A stretch of 64,000 nt of DNA, from NCBI GenBank assembly GCA_965219415.1, contig CBDCNP010000002.1:2688001-2752000 (forward strand), in the 5' to 3' direction. A program made the position numbers and the translations under genes. Source of the DNA: Candidatus Marinacidobacterales bacterium (GTDB taxonomy: Bacteria > Acidobacteriota > Vicinamibacteria > Marinacidobacterales > DATDRI01). The notes beneath the pieces are model-generated. The model had not been told where the DNA came from and searched no databases. It saw only the letters and a program-made list of their open reading frames with translations. Shown piece after piece: positions 29,705-39,915 of the stretch (its first letter is position 1; the number at the start of each line of letters is the position of its first letter).

Positions 29705-31357
29705 ATGGTGAGAGAGCCCAACGCGGAGAAACCCTCCACTCAGCTCGACGTGGATCCCAACCAAACGCCCGAGGAAGCAATGGCGGCTGAGATTCAGCAG
29801 GCCCAGGATCTCGCCGCCCGATGCCGGCTGCAGTACGTCGATCTCGAGCACTTCCAGCCCGATCACGACCTGTTTCGGAGTGTTCCGGTGGAGCTGATGT
29901 TCCGCTACAACTTCCTACCCTACCGGAAGGAAAACGACAACCTGGTCGTCGTCACCTCCGATCCCACGAACGTACCGGTGTTGGACGAGATCTCTTTGCT
30001 CTTGAAGACGCCCATCCGTGCCTCAGTGGGCACCGAGTCCGCTATCCAGGAGCTCCTCAAGAAAAGCCAGAGCGCTCAGCGCGTCTTGGAAGAGGCCTCG
30101 GAAAGCTTCACCATGCAGATCGTCCGGGATGACGAGGACAGCGAGGAAACCCTGTCCATCGACCGGCTGACCGATACGTCGAGCCCTATCATCCGTCTCG
30201 TGGACTCCACGATCTACAACGCGCTGACCAAGCGCGCCTCCGACATCCATATCGAAACCCGAGACGAAGAGGTGGTCATCAAGTACCGGATCGACGGCGT
30301 CCTGCAGAAAGCCATGAAGCCACTCACCAAGGCACAACATTCGGAGATCATCAGCCGCATAAAGGTCATGGCCGAGCTCGACGTGGCGGAGAAACGCGTC
30401 CCGCAGGATGGCCGATTCCGCTTGAAGGTGAAGGGTCGTAGCATCGATTTCCGCGTTTCCATCATGCCCAGCATTTATGGGGAAGACGCGGTGATCCGGA
30501 TCTTGGACAAGGAGTCCATCAACGAGCAGTTCGCGGAGCTGCGGCTGGACATCTTGGGCTTCTCGGAAAGTGAGGTCAAACGCATTCGCCATTTCATCCG
30601 CGAGCCCTATGGAATGGTGCTGGTGACGGGACCCACCGGGAGCGGCAAGACCACCACTCTCTATGCGGCGCTGTCGGAGATCTACAACGAGGAAGACAAG
30701 ATCGTCACCATCGAAGACCCCGTGGAGTACCAACTCAAGGGCATCACGCAAATCCCGGTCAACGAGAAGAAGGGCCTCACCTTCGCGCGCGGCCTCCGCT
30801 CCATTCTCCGCCACGACCCGGACAAGATCATGGTGGGAGAAATCCGCGATTCGGACACCGCGCAGGTCGCCATCCAGTCCGCTCTTACCGGACATCTGGT
30901 TTTCACCACCGTTCACGCTAATAACGTCTTCGACGTGGTTGGACGTTTCTTGAACATGGGCGTGGAGGCGTACAATTTCGTCTCTGCGCTGAACTGTATC
31001 CTCGCACAGAGGTTGTGCCGCACCATCTGCCCGGCGTGCCGGACGCCGGTTCACGCTTCGCGCGAGCTCCTCGAAGAATCCGGATTGGATCCGGAGCGCT
31101 GCCGGGATCACGAGTTCTTCCGGGGCGAGGGCTGCCTGCAATGTAACGGTACCGGGTATAAGGGACGGCAGGCGATCTGCGAGCTATTGGATCTTTCCGA
31201 CAACGTCAGGGAGATGCTCATCGACCGACGGCCGAGCACCGACATCAAGCGGGCGGCCAAGGAGGAGGGCATGCTCTTCTTGCGCGAATCGGCTTTGGCC
31301 AAGGCCTTCGATGGTCTGACCACGCTGGAAGAGATCAACAAGGTTACGTTTGTCTAA
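29705..31357 (+). CDS. pilB: GspE/PilB assembly ATPase
   Basis: ASDIHIE, PQDGR, GPTGSGKTTT, TIEDPVE, LRHDPD..MVGEIRD, zinc-binding Cys pairs. Confidence 0.93.
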   Translation: MVREPNAEKPSTQLDVDPNQTPEEAMAAEIQQAQDLAARCRLQYVDLEHFQPDHDLFRSVPVELMFRYNFLPYRKENDNLVVVTSDPTNVPVLDEISLLLKTPIRASVGTESAIQELLKKSQSAQRVLEEASESFTMQIVRDDEDSEETLSIDRLTDTSSPIIRLVDSTIYNALTKRASDIHIETRDEEVVIKYRIDGVLQKAMKPLTKAQHSEIISRIKVMAELDVAEKRVPQDGRFRLKVKGRSIDFRVSIMPSIYGEDAVIRILDKESINEQFAELRLDILGFSESEVKRIRHFIREPYGMVLVTGPTGSGKTTTLYAALSEIYNEEDKIVTIEDPVEYQLKGITQIPVNEKKGLTFARGLRSILRHDPDKIMVGEIRDSDTAQVAIQSALTGHLVFTTVHANNVFDVVGRFLNMGVEAYNFVSALNCILAQRLCRTICPACRTPVHASRELLEESGLDPERCRDHEFFRGEGCLQCNGTGYKGRQAICELLDLSDNVREMLIDRRPSTDIKRAAKEEGMLFLRESALAKAFDGLTTLEEINKVTFV

Positions 31358-32360
31358 GCAACGACTTCGCCAGCTAAAGCGATGGCTCTTGGAGCCGGAG
31401 CCGCCCGGAGTGGGAATCGAGTTTCGCCGGGACGAAATCATCGTGGCTCGCTTCGGTGACAACGGACATGGCGAGATGGACCTTTGCTTGCGGGCCCCTC
31501 TCCCGCCAGGAGTCGTCGACTTCTCGATGCTTACTCCCAACCTTAGCGAAACTGAAGCGCTCGGCCAATTCCTCCGACAGCTCTTCGAGGAGGCTGGCAT
31601 CCAAGGCAACCGCGTGGGCCTCACGCTGCCCGACATTCTGGCCCGCATTTCGGTACAGGAGCTGCCCGAGACTCCCCGCTCCCGCACCGAAGCCGAAGAG
31701 CTACTCCGTTTCAGGATGAAGAAGGCGCTCCCCTTCGAGGTGAGTGACGCCAGGCTCGCCTTCCAGCCTCTTCCCGGCATCAACCCCACCTTCCTCACCG
31801 GCATCTTGCACGAGGAAGTCGTCAGCCAATACGAGACGCTCTTCGATGGGCTCGGATTCCACGTGGGGGTCATCGAGACCTCATCGCTCAGCCTGCTCAA
31901 GCTTTGGGAGGGCGTGGTCGTCGAGAATCTGACACCGGAGCAGGACTATCTTTTTCTCAACCTCGAAGAAACCTACTTCACATTGACCCTCGTCCGGAAC
32001 CGCAACCAGCCGGTTCTGATGCGCACCGTGGGACACCGTTCCCCACTGCTCGATGCCGGGGCGTCGGAGTCTCCGAAGGCACCGACCTACCAAGCTGAAA
32101 GCGTCCTCCGCGAGCTCCTTCCCACTCTCATCTACTACAAGGAAAAGCTGGGGGGCGACTCCCTAGCCAAAGTCTATTACCGCTCCCTTCGTCTCGACCT
32201 CGGTGACCTGACCGAATTGCTCGAGGATCAGTTCGAGGTGCCCGCCGAGCCGTTCGATCTCCACCGAGCGGTGACGGTTGGCAACCACCTGACGGTGGCC
32301 GAGCCGTTGGCGACGGCTGCCGGTGCAGCGTCCGGCGCCGCGCGGGGAAAGGCGGCCTGA
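31350..32360 (+). CDS. pilM: PilM-like actin-fold protein
   Basis: Position after PilB; VGIEF and LRFRMKKALPF patterns. Confidence 0.65.
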   Translation: MSKQRLRQLKRWLLEPEPPGVGIEFRRDEIIVARFGDNGHGEMDLCLRAPLPPGVVDFSMLTPNLSETEALGQFLRQLFEEAGIQGNRVGLTLPDILARISVQELPETPRSRTEAEELLRFRMKKALPFEVSDARLAFQPLPGINPTFLTGILHEEVVSQYETLFDGLGFHVGVIETSSLSLLKLWEGVVVENLTPEQDYLFLNLEETYFTLTLVRNRNQPVLMRTVGHRSPLLDAGASESPKAPTYQAESVLRELLPTLIYYKEKLGGDSLAKVYYRSLRLDLGDLTELLEDQFEVPAEPFDLHRAVTVGNHLTVAEPLATAAGAASGAARGKAA

Positions 32361-32362
32361 CG

Positions 32363-33073
32363 ATGATGGACTCGCCTCTCAACTTCGCAAAGGTCGGCTT
32401 TCGCAACGAGCGTCTCCCGCGGCTCCTTTTCGGGATCGCTGCAGTGAGTTTCATGGCGGCCACCCTGTGGCACGGTGTCGTCCTCACTCGCTACCTACTG
32501 CGCGAGCGCGAAGATCTCGATCTCAAGGTTCAATCCTTGGAAGAGCAGCTCACCGGTTTGGACAACGACATTTCTCGCACCCGATCAGAGCTCCGCGCGC
32601 AACGAAATGAGCTGATGACTCAACGCATCGAGTTTCTGGCCGACGTCTACCGCCAGAAAGGCTTTTCTTGGACCGAGCTGTTCAATCAGTTGGAGGAAAT
32701 CCTTCCACGAAACGTCCTCATCACTTCCATCTCCCCGAGTGCAGCCAAAGGTGTGATCGAGGTGAAGTTGACGACGATCGGCCGTTCCCTAGAGGACATA
32801 TTGGAGCTCGTCCGGAGCCTCGAGGAAAGTCGCTACTTCGGCACGGTCATGCCAGTCAATGAAGCGCAGCGGGAAGAGGGGAACGAGGTGGCGGCGACCG
32901 TCACTCTGCGCTATCTTGCTGAAGAAGACGCGCCCCCTAAAAACGAAGAATCTGCTGCGCCTGCGGAACCTGCTGAAAATGTAGAGCCGGCGGAAGTCGA
33001 AGAGCCTGACGATGGGGACATCGAAAAAGTTGCCCCGCAGGGTTCTGCGAGCGAAGCGATGGAGGAACGGTGA
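32363..33073 (+). CDS. pilN: PilN domain protein
   Basis: LNF..., single TM, coiled coil, WTELFNQLEEILP.NV.ITSI. Confidence 0.75.
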   Translation: MMDSPLNFAKVGFRNERLPRLLFGIAAVSFMAATLWHGVVLTRYLLREREDLDLKVQSLEEQLTGLDNDISRTRSELRAQRNELMTQRIEFLADVYRQKGFSWTELFNQLEEILPRNVLITSISPSAAKGVIEVKLTTIGRSLEDILELVRSLEESRYFGTVMPVNEAQREEGNEVAATVTLRYLAEEDAPPKNEESAAPAEPAENVEPAEVEEPDDGDIEKVAPQGSASEAMEER

Positions 33074-33660
33074 CGGAGACGAACGCAGGATTGGATCTCC
33101 GCCCGTTCTGGCAGAAACGACGGTTCTATTTGTCGCTGGTAGGCTTGGTCATCGCCAACCTGGTGGTCTACGGGGTGGTGACTTACCGACTGGCGACCAA
33201 GCAGGAGCGTCTGGCCAAAGAGGAAGCATCGCTTGCCGAGGAGACCGCGTCTCGCCAGAAAACGCTCGACGGCCTTCGAACCCACCAGGAGCGCATTGTC
33301 AGAAACGATGCGGTCGCCGAAAAATTTTGGTCCGAAGTCGTGAAGCCGCGCACCCCAGGGCTGACCGAGGCGGTGGCGGAGATCGATCGCTTGGCAAAGC
33401 AGACCGGCGTGGAGCGCGGTCGAACCTCTTACTCCCAGGATGAGCTCCCGGTTGAACTGAGCGAAGTGAACGTCCGAATGCCGCTCGAGGGAACCTACTT
33501 CGATCTACTGCGCTTCATCAATCTCATGGAGCGTTCGGGGCGGTTCTTCTTGGTGCGCGAAATCGCGCTGAGGGACGGTGCTGAGGGACAACTGGCACTT
33601 CGCTGCGACGTGGCCTTCTTCTTGAGGCCCAGCGAAGCACTGGCGCCCACGGAACAATGA
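33070..33660 (+). CDS. pilO: PilO/GspM-like protein
   Basis: TM, coiled coil, MPLEGTYFDLLRFINLME. Confidence 0.7.
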   Translation: MTETNAGLDLRPFWQKRRFYLSLVGLVIANLVVYGVVTYRLATKQERLAKEEASLAEETASRQKTLDGLRTHQERIVRNDAVAEKFWSEVVKPRTPGLTEAVAEIDRLAKQTGVERGRTSYSQDELPVELSEVNVRMPLEGTYFDLLRFINLMERSGRFFLVREIALRDGAEGQLALRCDVAFFLRPSEALAPTEQ

Positions 33661-34121
33661 GAACCGATCAGGGCTTTACGTACTTGGAGTTGGTGACCGC
33701 TACGTTCATCTTGGCGATACTCGCTGCGGCGGTAATACCGGTCGCCGAGGTCACCGCCAAGCGGGCCAAGGAGGTCGAGCTGAGACGCAACCTGCGCGTC
33801 ATGCGGGACGCCATCGACAATTTCAAACAGGCGGTCGATCTCGGTCTCATCGGTGGAAGCGACGTCGAGCTGGGAAGCGAGGGCTATCCCAAGGAGTTGG
33901 AGATCTTGGTCGACGGAGTATCTCAGGTCGGAGCGATCGATAAGAAACTGAAGTTCCTCAGGCGCATCCCCATCGATCCCATGACGCACTCCTCGGAATG
34001 GGGACTCCGCGCCTATCAGGATGAGCCCGACTCCACGATCTGGGGTGGCCAGAACGCCTACGATGTATTTACGACCAGCTCAGGAACGGCACTCGACGGG
34101 ACGAAATATCGTGACTGGTAG
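33657..34121 (+). CDS. Pseudopilin (GspG-like)
   Basis: Prepilin site QG/FTYLE; FLRRIPIDPMT. Confidence 0.9.
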   Translation: MRTDQGFTYLELVTATFILAILAAAVIPVAEVTAKRAKEVELRRNLRVMRDAIDNFKQAVDLGLIGGSDVELGSEGYPKELEILVDGVSQVGAIDKKLKFLRRIPIDPMTHSSEWGLRAYQDEPDSTIWGGQNAYDVFTTSSGTALDGTKYRDW

Positions 34122-34500
34122 GAACCGCGGTTTCACCTTTATCGAGCTAGTGATGGTCATCACGCTCTTGGGCATCCTGATATCGATCGCGATACCGGTT
34201 TATCGGGCGCAGATCCTTGCTAGCAAAGAGTCGGTGTTGGAACACAACCTGGCCACCGTCCGTGAACGAATCGACCAATACAAAGCGGACCGGAATGATT
34301 ATCCATCCTCTCTCGACGCATTGGTCGACGCCAAATATTTGCGGGAGCTTCCGCTCGATCCGATCACCGAGACCAACCAGTGGGAAGAGATCTTCGCGGA
34401 GTACGATCCGGAACAACCGGACCAAGAACCCGGTGTGTATGACGTGCGGAGTTTCTCGAGCCGGTTGGGCTCGGACGGCCGTCCATACAACGAGTGGTAG
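34111..34500 (+). CDS. Pseudopilin (GspG-like)
   Basis: GTG start; RG/FTFIEL; [18 protein letters not shown]. Confidence 0.9.
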   Translation: MTGRNRGFTFIELVMVITLLGILISIAIPVYRAQILASKESVLEHNLATVRERIDQYKADRNDYPSSLDALVDAKYLRELPLDPITETNQWEEIFAEYDPEQPDQEPGVYDVRSFSSRLGSDGRPYNEW

Positions 34501-34507
34501 ATTGAGC

Positions 34508-34891
34508 GTGCGAACACTAAGAGCAAGAAACGAGCTCGGGCGAGTGGCCTTCTCGGTCGCCGTGTTGGGCCTAGTTGCCGTATGCGGTCAAGCCCCGGAA
34601 ACGGAGCAGACGGATTCTCCGCGCAACAACTCGCGCCGCTCCCGAAAAGCCAAGGCTCCCGACGTCAAGGAGTCGGTGGATCTTGCCGGACTCTTGACCG
34701 AGATCCCGGAGTATGCCGGGAACCATAGAGACCTCTCACTGGCTCTCGCTGCCTATAACGCCGGTCCGACCGCGGTCTCCCGCCATGGTGGCATCCCTCC
34801 ATATAAAGAGACGAAAAACTACGTCCGCCGGGTTTTGGCTCTCTACCGTGAGGCGGGCGGGAACCCCGGCGAAGCCGCGAGCGAACGATGA
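34508..34891 (+). pseudogene. In-frame chimera of an exported protein N-terminus and a lytic transglycosylase (SLT) C-terminus
   Basis: Hydrophobic N-terminus to YAGNHRDL, then [10 protein letters not shown]...[13 protein letters not shown]; the SLT catalytic Glu region is absent. Confidence 0.65.
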
Positions 34892-35637
34892 CTATCTCTT
34901 TCCGATCGGACGCTAGAGAGCGTGGCTACGTCTTGCTGGGCATCGCCATCGGGCTCGTCATCATGGGAATCTTCATGGCCGCCGCGGTGCCCGTCTGGGA
35001 GCACGTGAACCAGCGAGGCCGAGAAGACGAGCTTCTCTGGCGAGGCAAGCAATACGTCCGAGCCATCGAGCGATACCAACGAAAGTATCCAGGAGCTTTC
35101 CCTTCCAAGGTGGAGGATCTAGTAAAGGACAAGTTCCTCCGCAAGGCTTACGAAGATCCGATGAGCGAAGACGGCGAATGGAAAATCCTTCGACAGAACT
35201 CTCCCGAGGTAAGGGGAGTTACCGGAGTCGGCGGCGAGCCGCGACAAAGGCAGCGGGGGCAGCAGGGGCAGCAGGGACTCCAGTCTCAAGAACGCTCCCG
35301 GAGCCTCGGCCAGACGAGCGGTCTCGGTCGGCGAAGCATGACCGGGCAAGCTCTCGGCGGAATCATAGGGGTCTCGAGCAAGAGCGAGGACGAAGCCATT
35401 CGGAAACCCGGAAAAAAGGAAGAGCTATTCTTGCGGACGGTGGGCTCGGGAGAAAAATACAACGAGTGGTTGTTCATCTACGTTGCGGCGAGAAACCTTC
35501 AACAACAAAACCCTGGGGGATCGAGGCAGCCGGGCCGAACCGGCCAGCAGCGGGGACAACCTGGGCAGCAGGGGCAGGGCGGGTTTCAAAATCCGGGCAC
35601 GAGCAACCCCCGTTCTCCTGCCCCGCGGCAACCTTAA
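34888..35637 (+). CDS. Type II secretion pseudopilin-like protein
   Basis: RG/YVLL hydrophobic helix; [21 protein letters not shown]; Gln/Gly-rich tail. Confidence 0.75.
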   Translation: MTISFRSDARERGYVLLGIAIGLVIMGIFMAAAVPVWEHVNQRGREDELLWRGKQYVRAIERYQRKYPGAFPSKVEDLVKDKFLRKAYEDPMSEDGEWKILRQNSPEVRGVTGVGGEPRQRQRGQQGQQGLQSQERSRSLGQTSGLGRRSMTGQALGGIIGVSSKSEDEAIRKPGKKEELFLRTVGSGEKYNEWLFIYVAARNLQQQNPGGSRQPGRTGQQRGQPGQQGQGGFQNPGTSNPRSPAPRQP

Positions 35638-35652
35638 AGGCAGGACTGCCCG

Positions 35653-36759
35653 GTGCGGATCGGCATCGACGCCCACCACCTCAACGGCAAGCCGCAGGGA
35701 AGCCGCACCTACCTTCTGAGCCTCATTCGAGAGCTCGCGCGGATCAAAACGGGCGAAGAATTCCTGGTCTACAGCTTTGCCCCCGAAGAAACCCGGCAGC
35801 TCCTGGACGCACCCGGTGTAACGCACCGCCGCGTCTTCCCTACCTCGGCTCGGCTTCGTCTTCCCGTCGTAGTCCCGGCACTAGAAATGCTCGACCGCGT
35901 GTCGCTCTTTCACTCCCAATACATCTGCCCGCCCGTTTCCGCAATCCCCGAGGTGGTCACAATACACGACGTTTTGTTCGAAACTCATCCCGACCTCTTC
36001 GTCGGAGCCTTCTCGCGCGCGTCGATAGGCCTAATCCGGCACTCGGCTCGTCGAGCGAGGTGTGTGCTTACGGTGTCGGAGTTCTCGCGACGCGCCATCC
36101 TGGAACAATACGGACTTCCCGAAGAAAAAGTCGTCGCCATACCGAACGCTGTGGACCACGGTCGTTTCCGAGTCCTCGATGAAGATGAGACCCTTGCGCG
36201 GGTCAAGACGCGCTACGCATTGCAACGACCCTTCATACTCGACGTAGGGAGGATCGAGCCTCGCAAGAACCTCGTGCGTCTGATCCGTGCGTTCCGTCGG
36301 GTCCGAGAAAAAGTCGAGCCGTCCCTCGAATTGATTCTGATCGGGAGGAAGGACTTCCAGTTCGAAGCGATCGACGAGGAAATGAGAAAATCGGAGGACG
36401 CGGGCGTGCGGATTCTGAGCTCGGTTCCCGACGAAGACCTGCCCGCGTTCTACAATTTGGCCGAACTCTTCGCCTTCCCGTCCCTGGTCGAGGGGTTTGG
36501 GATCCCCATCCTCGAGTCGATGGCCTGCGGGACGCCAGTGGTCAGTTCGAGACGGGGAGCACTCCTCGAGGTGGGCGGCGATGCGGTGGCTTGGGTGGAG
36601 CCCGAGGACGAGGACTCGATCGCCTCGACCCTCGAAAACGTCTTGACCGACACCGACAAGGCCGCGCGCCTACGCAAACAAGGGTTGGAGCGCGCTAAGG
36701 AGTTCAGCTGGGAGGATACGGCCCAGAGAACCCTCGAGGTCTATCGAGCTTGCGTCTGA
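35653..36759 (+). CDS. GT4 family glycosyltransferase
   Basis: TIHD, VSEFS, GRIEPRKN, FPSLVEGFGIPILESMACG. Confidence 0.93.
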   Translation: MRIGIDAHHLNGKPQGSRTYLLSLIRELARIKTGEEFLVYSFAPEETRQLLDAPGVTHRRVFPTSARLRLPVVVPALEMLDRVSLFHSQYICPPVSAIPEVVTIHDVLFETHPDLFVGAFSRASIGLIRHSARRARCVLTVSEFSRRAILEQYGLPEEKVVAIPNAVDHGRFRVLDEDETLARVKTRYALQRPFILDVGRIEPRKNLVRLIRAFRRVREKVEPSLELILIGRKDFQFEAIDEEMRKSEDAGVRILSSVPDEDLPAFYNLAELFAFPSLVEGFGIPILESMACGTPVVSSRRGALLEVGGDAVAWVEPEDEDSIASTLENVLTDTDKAARLRKQGLERAKEFSWEDTAQRTLEVYRACV

Positions 36760-36794
36760 TTCCAACCGCCCCTGAACCTACCGTCAACGCTGCA

Positions 36795-36836
36795 CTTTGA
36801 CAGCCCTTTGACAGCAAAGTTCAGCGATGCTAGCTT
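36795..36836 (+). promoter_or_regulatory. Putative sigma-70 promoter with an 11-bp-period direct repeat
   Basis: CTTTGACAGC at 36795 and 36806; TTGACA-N17-TAGCTT with an extended TG. Confidence 0.5.
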
Positions 36837-36856
36837 GGTAAGAAGGCATAACTCCA

Positions 36857-37696
36857 GTGCAAAATCGAAACATGGTCTCGAGAAGCTGGCTGGTGGGTCT
36901 GTTGATGGTGGCCATGGCGATACTTGCCCCCTTTGCCGCCCCGAGCGCCCACTCACAGTCCACGTCGGTCTCCTACAACGGGGGGCTCATCACCATTCGC
37001 TGTAGCGACGCCACACTGGAGCAGGTCTTCGAGCAGATAAAGTCGGAGACCGGCTTGGAGCTATTCCTCGAAGATCCGGTCAAATCGAAGCGCCTTACCG
37101 CCGACATCGAAGCGCAGCCGGTCAATCAAGCCTTGGAGCGGTTGCTAGCCGGGGCGGGCGTCAACTACGCGATGATGTTCGACCGTGAAGATTGGCAGCG
37201 GGTCGACAAGATCTTCATAGGAGAAGGTGGCGGTGCGGTTGCTTCCAGCCAGCCCGCTCCCAATCGGAGAAACACGCGGCGGGCCCGGAGAAGGCCACAA
37301 CCGGTTGAGCCAAACGAGGAAATCTACGAGGACGACCCCGACGAGGACATAGAGGACCCCGCCGATTTCGACGATTTCGATGATACGGGCGACGCCGACG
37401 TAGAAGGCGACTTCCAGAACGAGGCGCCGCCGCCGGCAGCGAACCCGGGCTACCTACCACCTCCCCCGGCTTTTCCTCGCAGCTCCTTCACGCCAGGGCT
37501 AGAATCATCGCCGTTCGGCGCGCAGACCGGTGGCGACACGCAGCAAGAACAGCCGCAGTCTGGCTCGCCGCCGACCGCTAGGCCGGCACCACCCGCTTAC
37601 TACCCGTTTACCGATCAGTTCGGGCGTCCCATTCCCGTACCGACTGCTCCGAACGCCTCTCAGCAACAAGAAGACGAACCGCAGCAAGAAGAGTAG
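36857..37696 (+). CDS. Exported protein with a secretin N0/STN-like domain and an acidic Pro-rich tail
   Basis: Signal peptide; ITIRCSDATLEQVFEQI...LTADIEAQPVNQALERLL; low-complexity C-terminus. Confidence 0.55.
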   Translation: MQNRNMVSRSWLVGLLMVAMAILAPFAAPSAHSQSTSVSYNGGLITIRCSDATLEQVFEQIKSETGLELFLEDPVKSKRLTADIEAQPVNQALERLLAGAGVNYAMMFDREDWQRVDKIFIGEGGGAVASSQPAPNRRNTRRARRRPQPVEPNEEIYEDDPDEDIEDPADFDDFDDTGDADVEGDFQNEAPPPAANPGYLPPPPAFPRSSFTPGLESSPFGAQTGGDTQQEQPQSGSPPTARPAPPAYYPFTDQFGRPIPVPTAPNASQQQEDEPQQEE

Positions 37697-37807
37697 TCAC
37701 TTCGTCTCTCCTTTCCTTTCTTAGATCGCCCGCTGGCACGAGCGCCCCCAGGGCTGTTAGATTGTTGGCGTTCTTGAATTGGGTTGAAATCGACTCGGTC
37801 GGAAACC

Positions 37808-39904
37808 ATGGCGAAGCGAAAGTCGAAATCGATCGACGAGTACCGGGAGAAACGTGACTTCCAGAGAACACCCGAGCCGCCTCCCGGCGAACCTACCTTA
37901 AGACCGGGCGCACCCGCCTTCGTTGTCCACCGACACGAGGCGCGGAGGCTCCATTACGACCTGCGACTCGAGATGGACGGTGTGCTCAAATCCTGGGCGG
38001 TGCCCCGCGGCTTTTCGTACGAACCTTCGGTCAAGCGACTAGCCGTGCGGACCGAAGATCACCCGCTCGAGTACGAACACTTCGAGGGAGTCATCCCCAA
38101 GGACGCATACGGCGCGGGAACGATGACGATCTGGGATCGCGGCCGTTATCTAATCCCGAAGGACAAAGATGGAAGCCAAGGCGTCCAAGACGGTAAGCTG
38201 GAGTTGACCCTTTACGGGAAAAACCTACGCGGAGAGTGGCATCTCGTCCGAACCAAGTCGGGCAAAGACGAGTGGCTCATCTTCAAGGCAAAGGACCGTT
38301 ACGCGAGGACGGAAGACGACCCCGCCCCATTTTTTGACCTGACTCGAGCCGCGGAGGCTCTTGCTCCCGAGTACGTCCAACCCATGAAGATTGGCGAGCC
38401 TTCCAAACCCTTCTCCGATCCTGGTTGGCTCTTCGAAATGAAGTTCCGAGGCCAGCGCGCCTTGCTCATGAAGCATGGGGATACGATTCAGATACTCACC
38501 CCCGATGGCGGCGATCTAGCCGGGAAGCTTCCCACGCTCGCAGAAGAAGCCACCCGGCTCCGGGCGGAAAACGCTTCCCTGGACGGGGTCCTAGTCTCCC
38601 TCGATCAAGCCCGCCGCCCCTCCAAAGAGATTCTGGAACGGAGCCTCAGCGACGAGGGAAAAGACACCGTATTCTTCTACGCGTTCGATCTGCTCCACTA
38701 CGATGATTGGAACGTCCAGGAGCTCCCTTTTCTGGAGAGAAAGAAGATCCTTGCCGCAGTGCTTCCTGCGCTTTCTGTTCTTCTCTACGTCGACCACGTC
38801 CAGGGTCGGGGTGAAGATCTAGTCGAGGTGACGTCGGGCGCCGGCCTCCCGGCGGTCGTGGCCAAGGAAGCGTCCGGAGCTTACGTCTCCGGACCCTCTC
38901 CGTCATGGCGGGAGATTCCCGCTCGCCCCACCACCAACGCAGGGAAGAGGGATCTCCTCGAAGCGCTCAAGGAACCGACGCCCCAAAAGACGCGACACAA
39001 GATCAAGTTCAGCAATTTGGAGAAGATCTACTGGCCCAAGGAAGGATTCACCAAGGGCGAGCTCATCAACTACTACGACAAGGTCGCCGATCTCATTGTC
39101 CCCTGTCTTCACGAACGGCCGGTTCACATGCTCCGCTACCCGGACGGCATCGAAGGCAAAGCCTTCTATCAGAAAGATGCCCCCGAGCACATCGCCGATT
39201 GGATCAATCTCGAGCCCATCGAGTCAGAGAGCAAGACCAAGCCCATCCGCTTCATTATTTGTAATGACCGGGACACGCTTCTCTACATGGTCAACTTGGG
39301 CAGCATCGATCTTCATCCCTGGCTCTCGCGGCGGGGTAGCCTGGATTCTCCTGATTGGGCCATTCTCGACCTCGACCCGGACGGCTCCCCGTTTTCCCAT
39401 GTGGTCCGCATCGCGCGCGCGATCGGGAAGGTGCTGCGGGGAATTGGATTGAGGCCTTATCTGAAGACTTCTGGGGCGACCGGCCTCCATGTCTACGTTC
39501 CCCTCCTACCCGGTTACAGCTACGACCATGCAGTCCAGTTCTGCGAAGGGATCGCGCGCCTGGTGGCCCAAGACCTGAACGACATTGCTACCGTGGAGAG
39601 AGTGGTGAATCGACGCGGCGGGAAGGTGTACATCGACTTTCTACAGAACCGTCGTGGGCAGACCGTGGTACCGCCTTATGTAGCTCGGCCAGTGCCGGGG
39701 GCCTCTGTTTCGACGCCGCTCGAGTGGGACGAGCTCGACTCCGAGCTGCACCCCTCGATGTTCACCATCGAAAATGTGCTGCCCCGCATTGCGCGGCTCG
39801 GGGATCTCTTTCGGGGAACGTTGACCGACAAGCAGGATCTGCTGCCCGCGATCGAATTGTTTCAGAAGAACTACATCAACAAGAAGACGCCCCACCGACG
39901 CTAA
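37808..39904 (+). CDS. ligD: LigD-like protein: 3'-phosphoesterase + degenerate ligase + AEP polymerase
   Basis: PE: HEARRLHYDLRLE, SWAVP, EDHP, YGAG; Pol: RYPDG, FYQK, HPW, DLDP, KTSG..GLH, IDFLQN. Confidence 0.88.
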   Translation: MAKRKSKSIDEYREKRDFQRTPEPPPGEPTLRPGAPAFVVHRHEARRLHYDLRLEMDGVLKSWAVPRGFSYEPSVKRLAVRTEDHPLEYEHFEGVIPKDAYGAGTMTIWDRGRYLIPKDKDGSQGVQDGKLELTLYGKNLRGEWHLVRTKSGKDEWLIFKAKDRYARTEDDPAPFFDLTRAAEALAPEYVQPMKIGEPSKPFSDPGWLFEMKFRGQRALLMKHGDTIQILTPDGGDLAGKLPTLAEEATRLRAENASLDGVLVSLDQARRPSKEILERSLSDEGKDTVFFYAFDLLHYDDWNVQELPFLERKKILAAVLPALSVLLYVDHVQGRGEDLVEVTSGAGLPAVVAKEASGAYVSGPSPSWREIPARPTTNAGKRDLLEALKEPTPQKTRHKIKFSNLEKIYWPKEGFTKGELINYYDKVADLIVPCLHERPVHMLRYPDGIEGKAFYQKDAPEHIADWINLEPIESESKTKPIRFIICNDRDTLLYMVNLGSIDLHPWLSRRGSLDSPDWAILDLDPDGSPFSHVVRIARAIGKVLRGIGLRPYLKTSGATGLHVYVPLLPGYSYDHAVQFCEGIARLVAQDLNDIATVERVVNRRGGKVYIDFLQNRRGQTVVPPYVARPVPGASVSTPLEWDELDSELHPSMFTIENVLPRIARLGDLFRGTLTDKQDLLPAIELFQKNYINKKTPHRR

Positions 39905-39915
39905 TCAAAGCCGAA

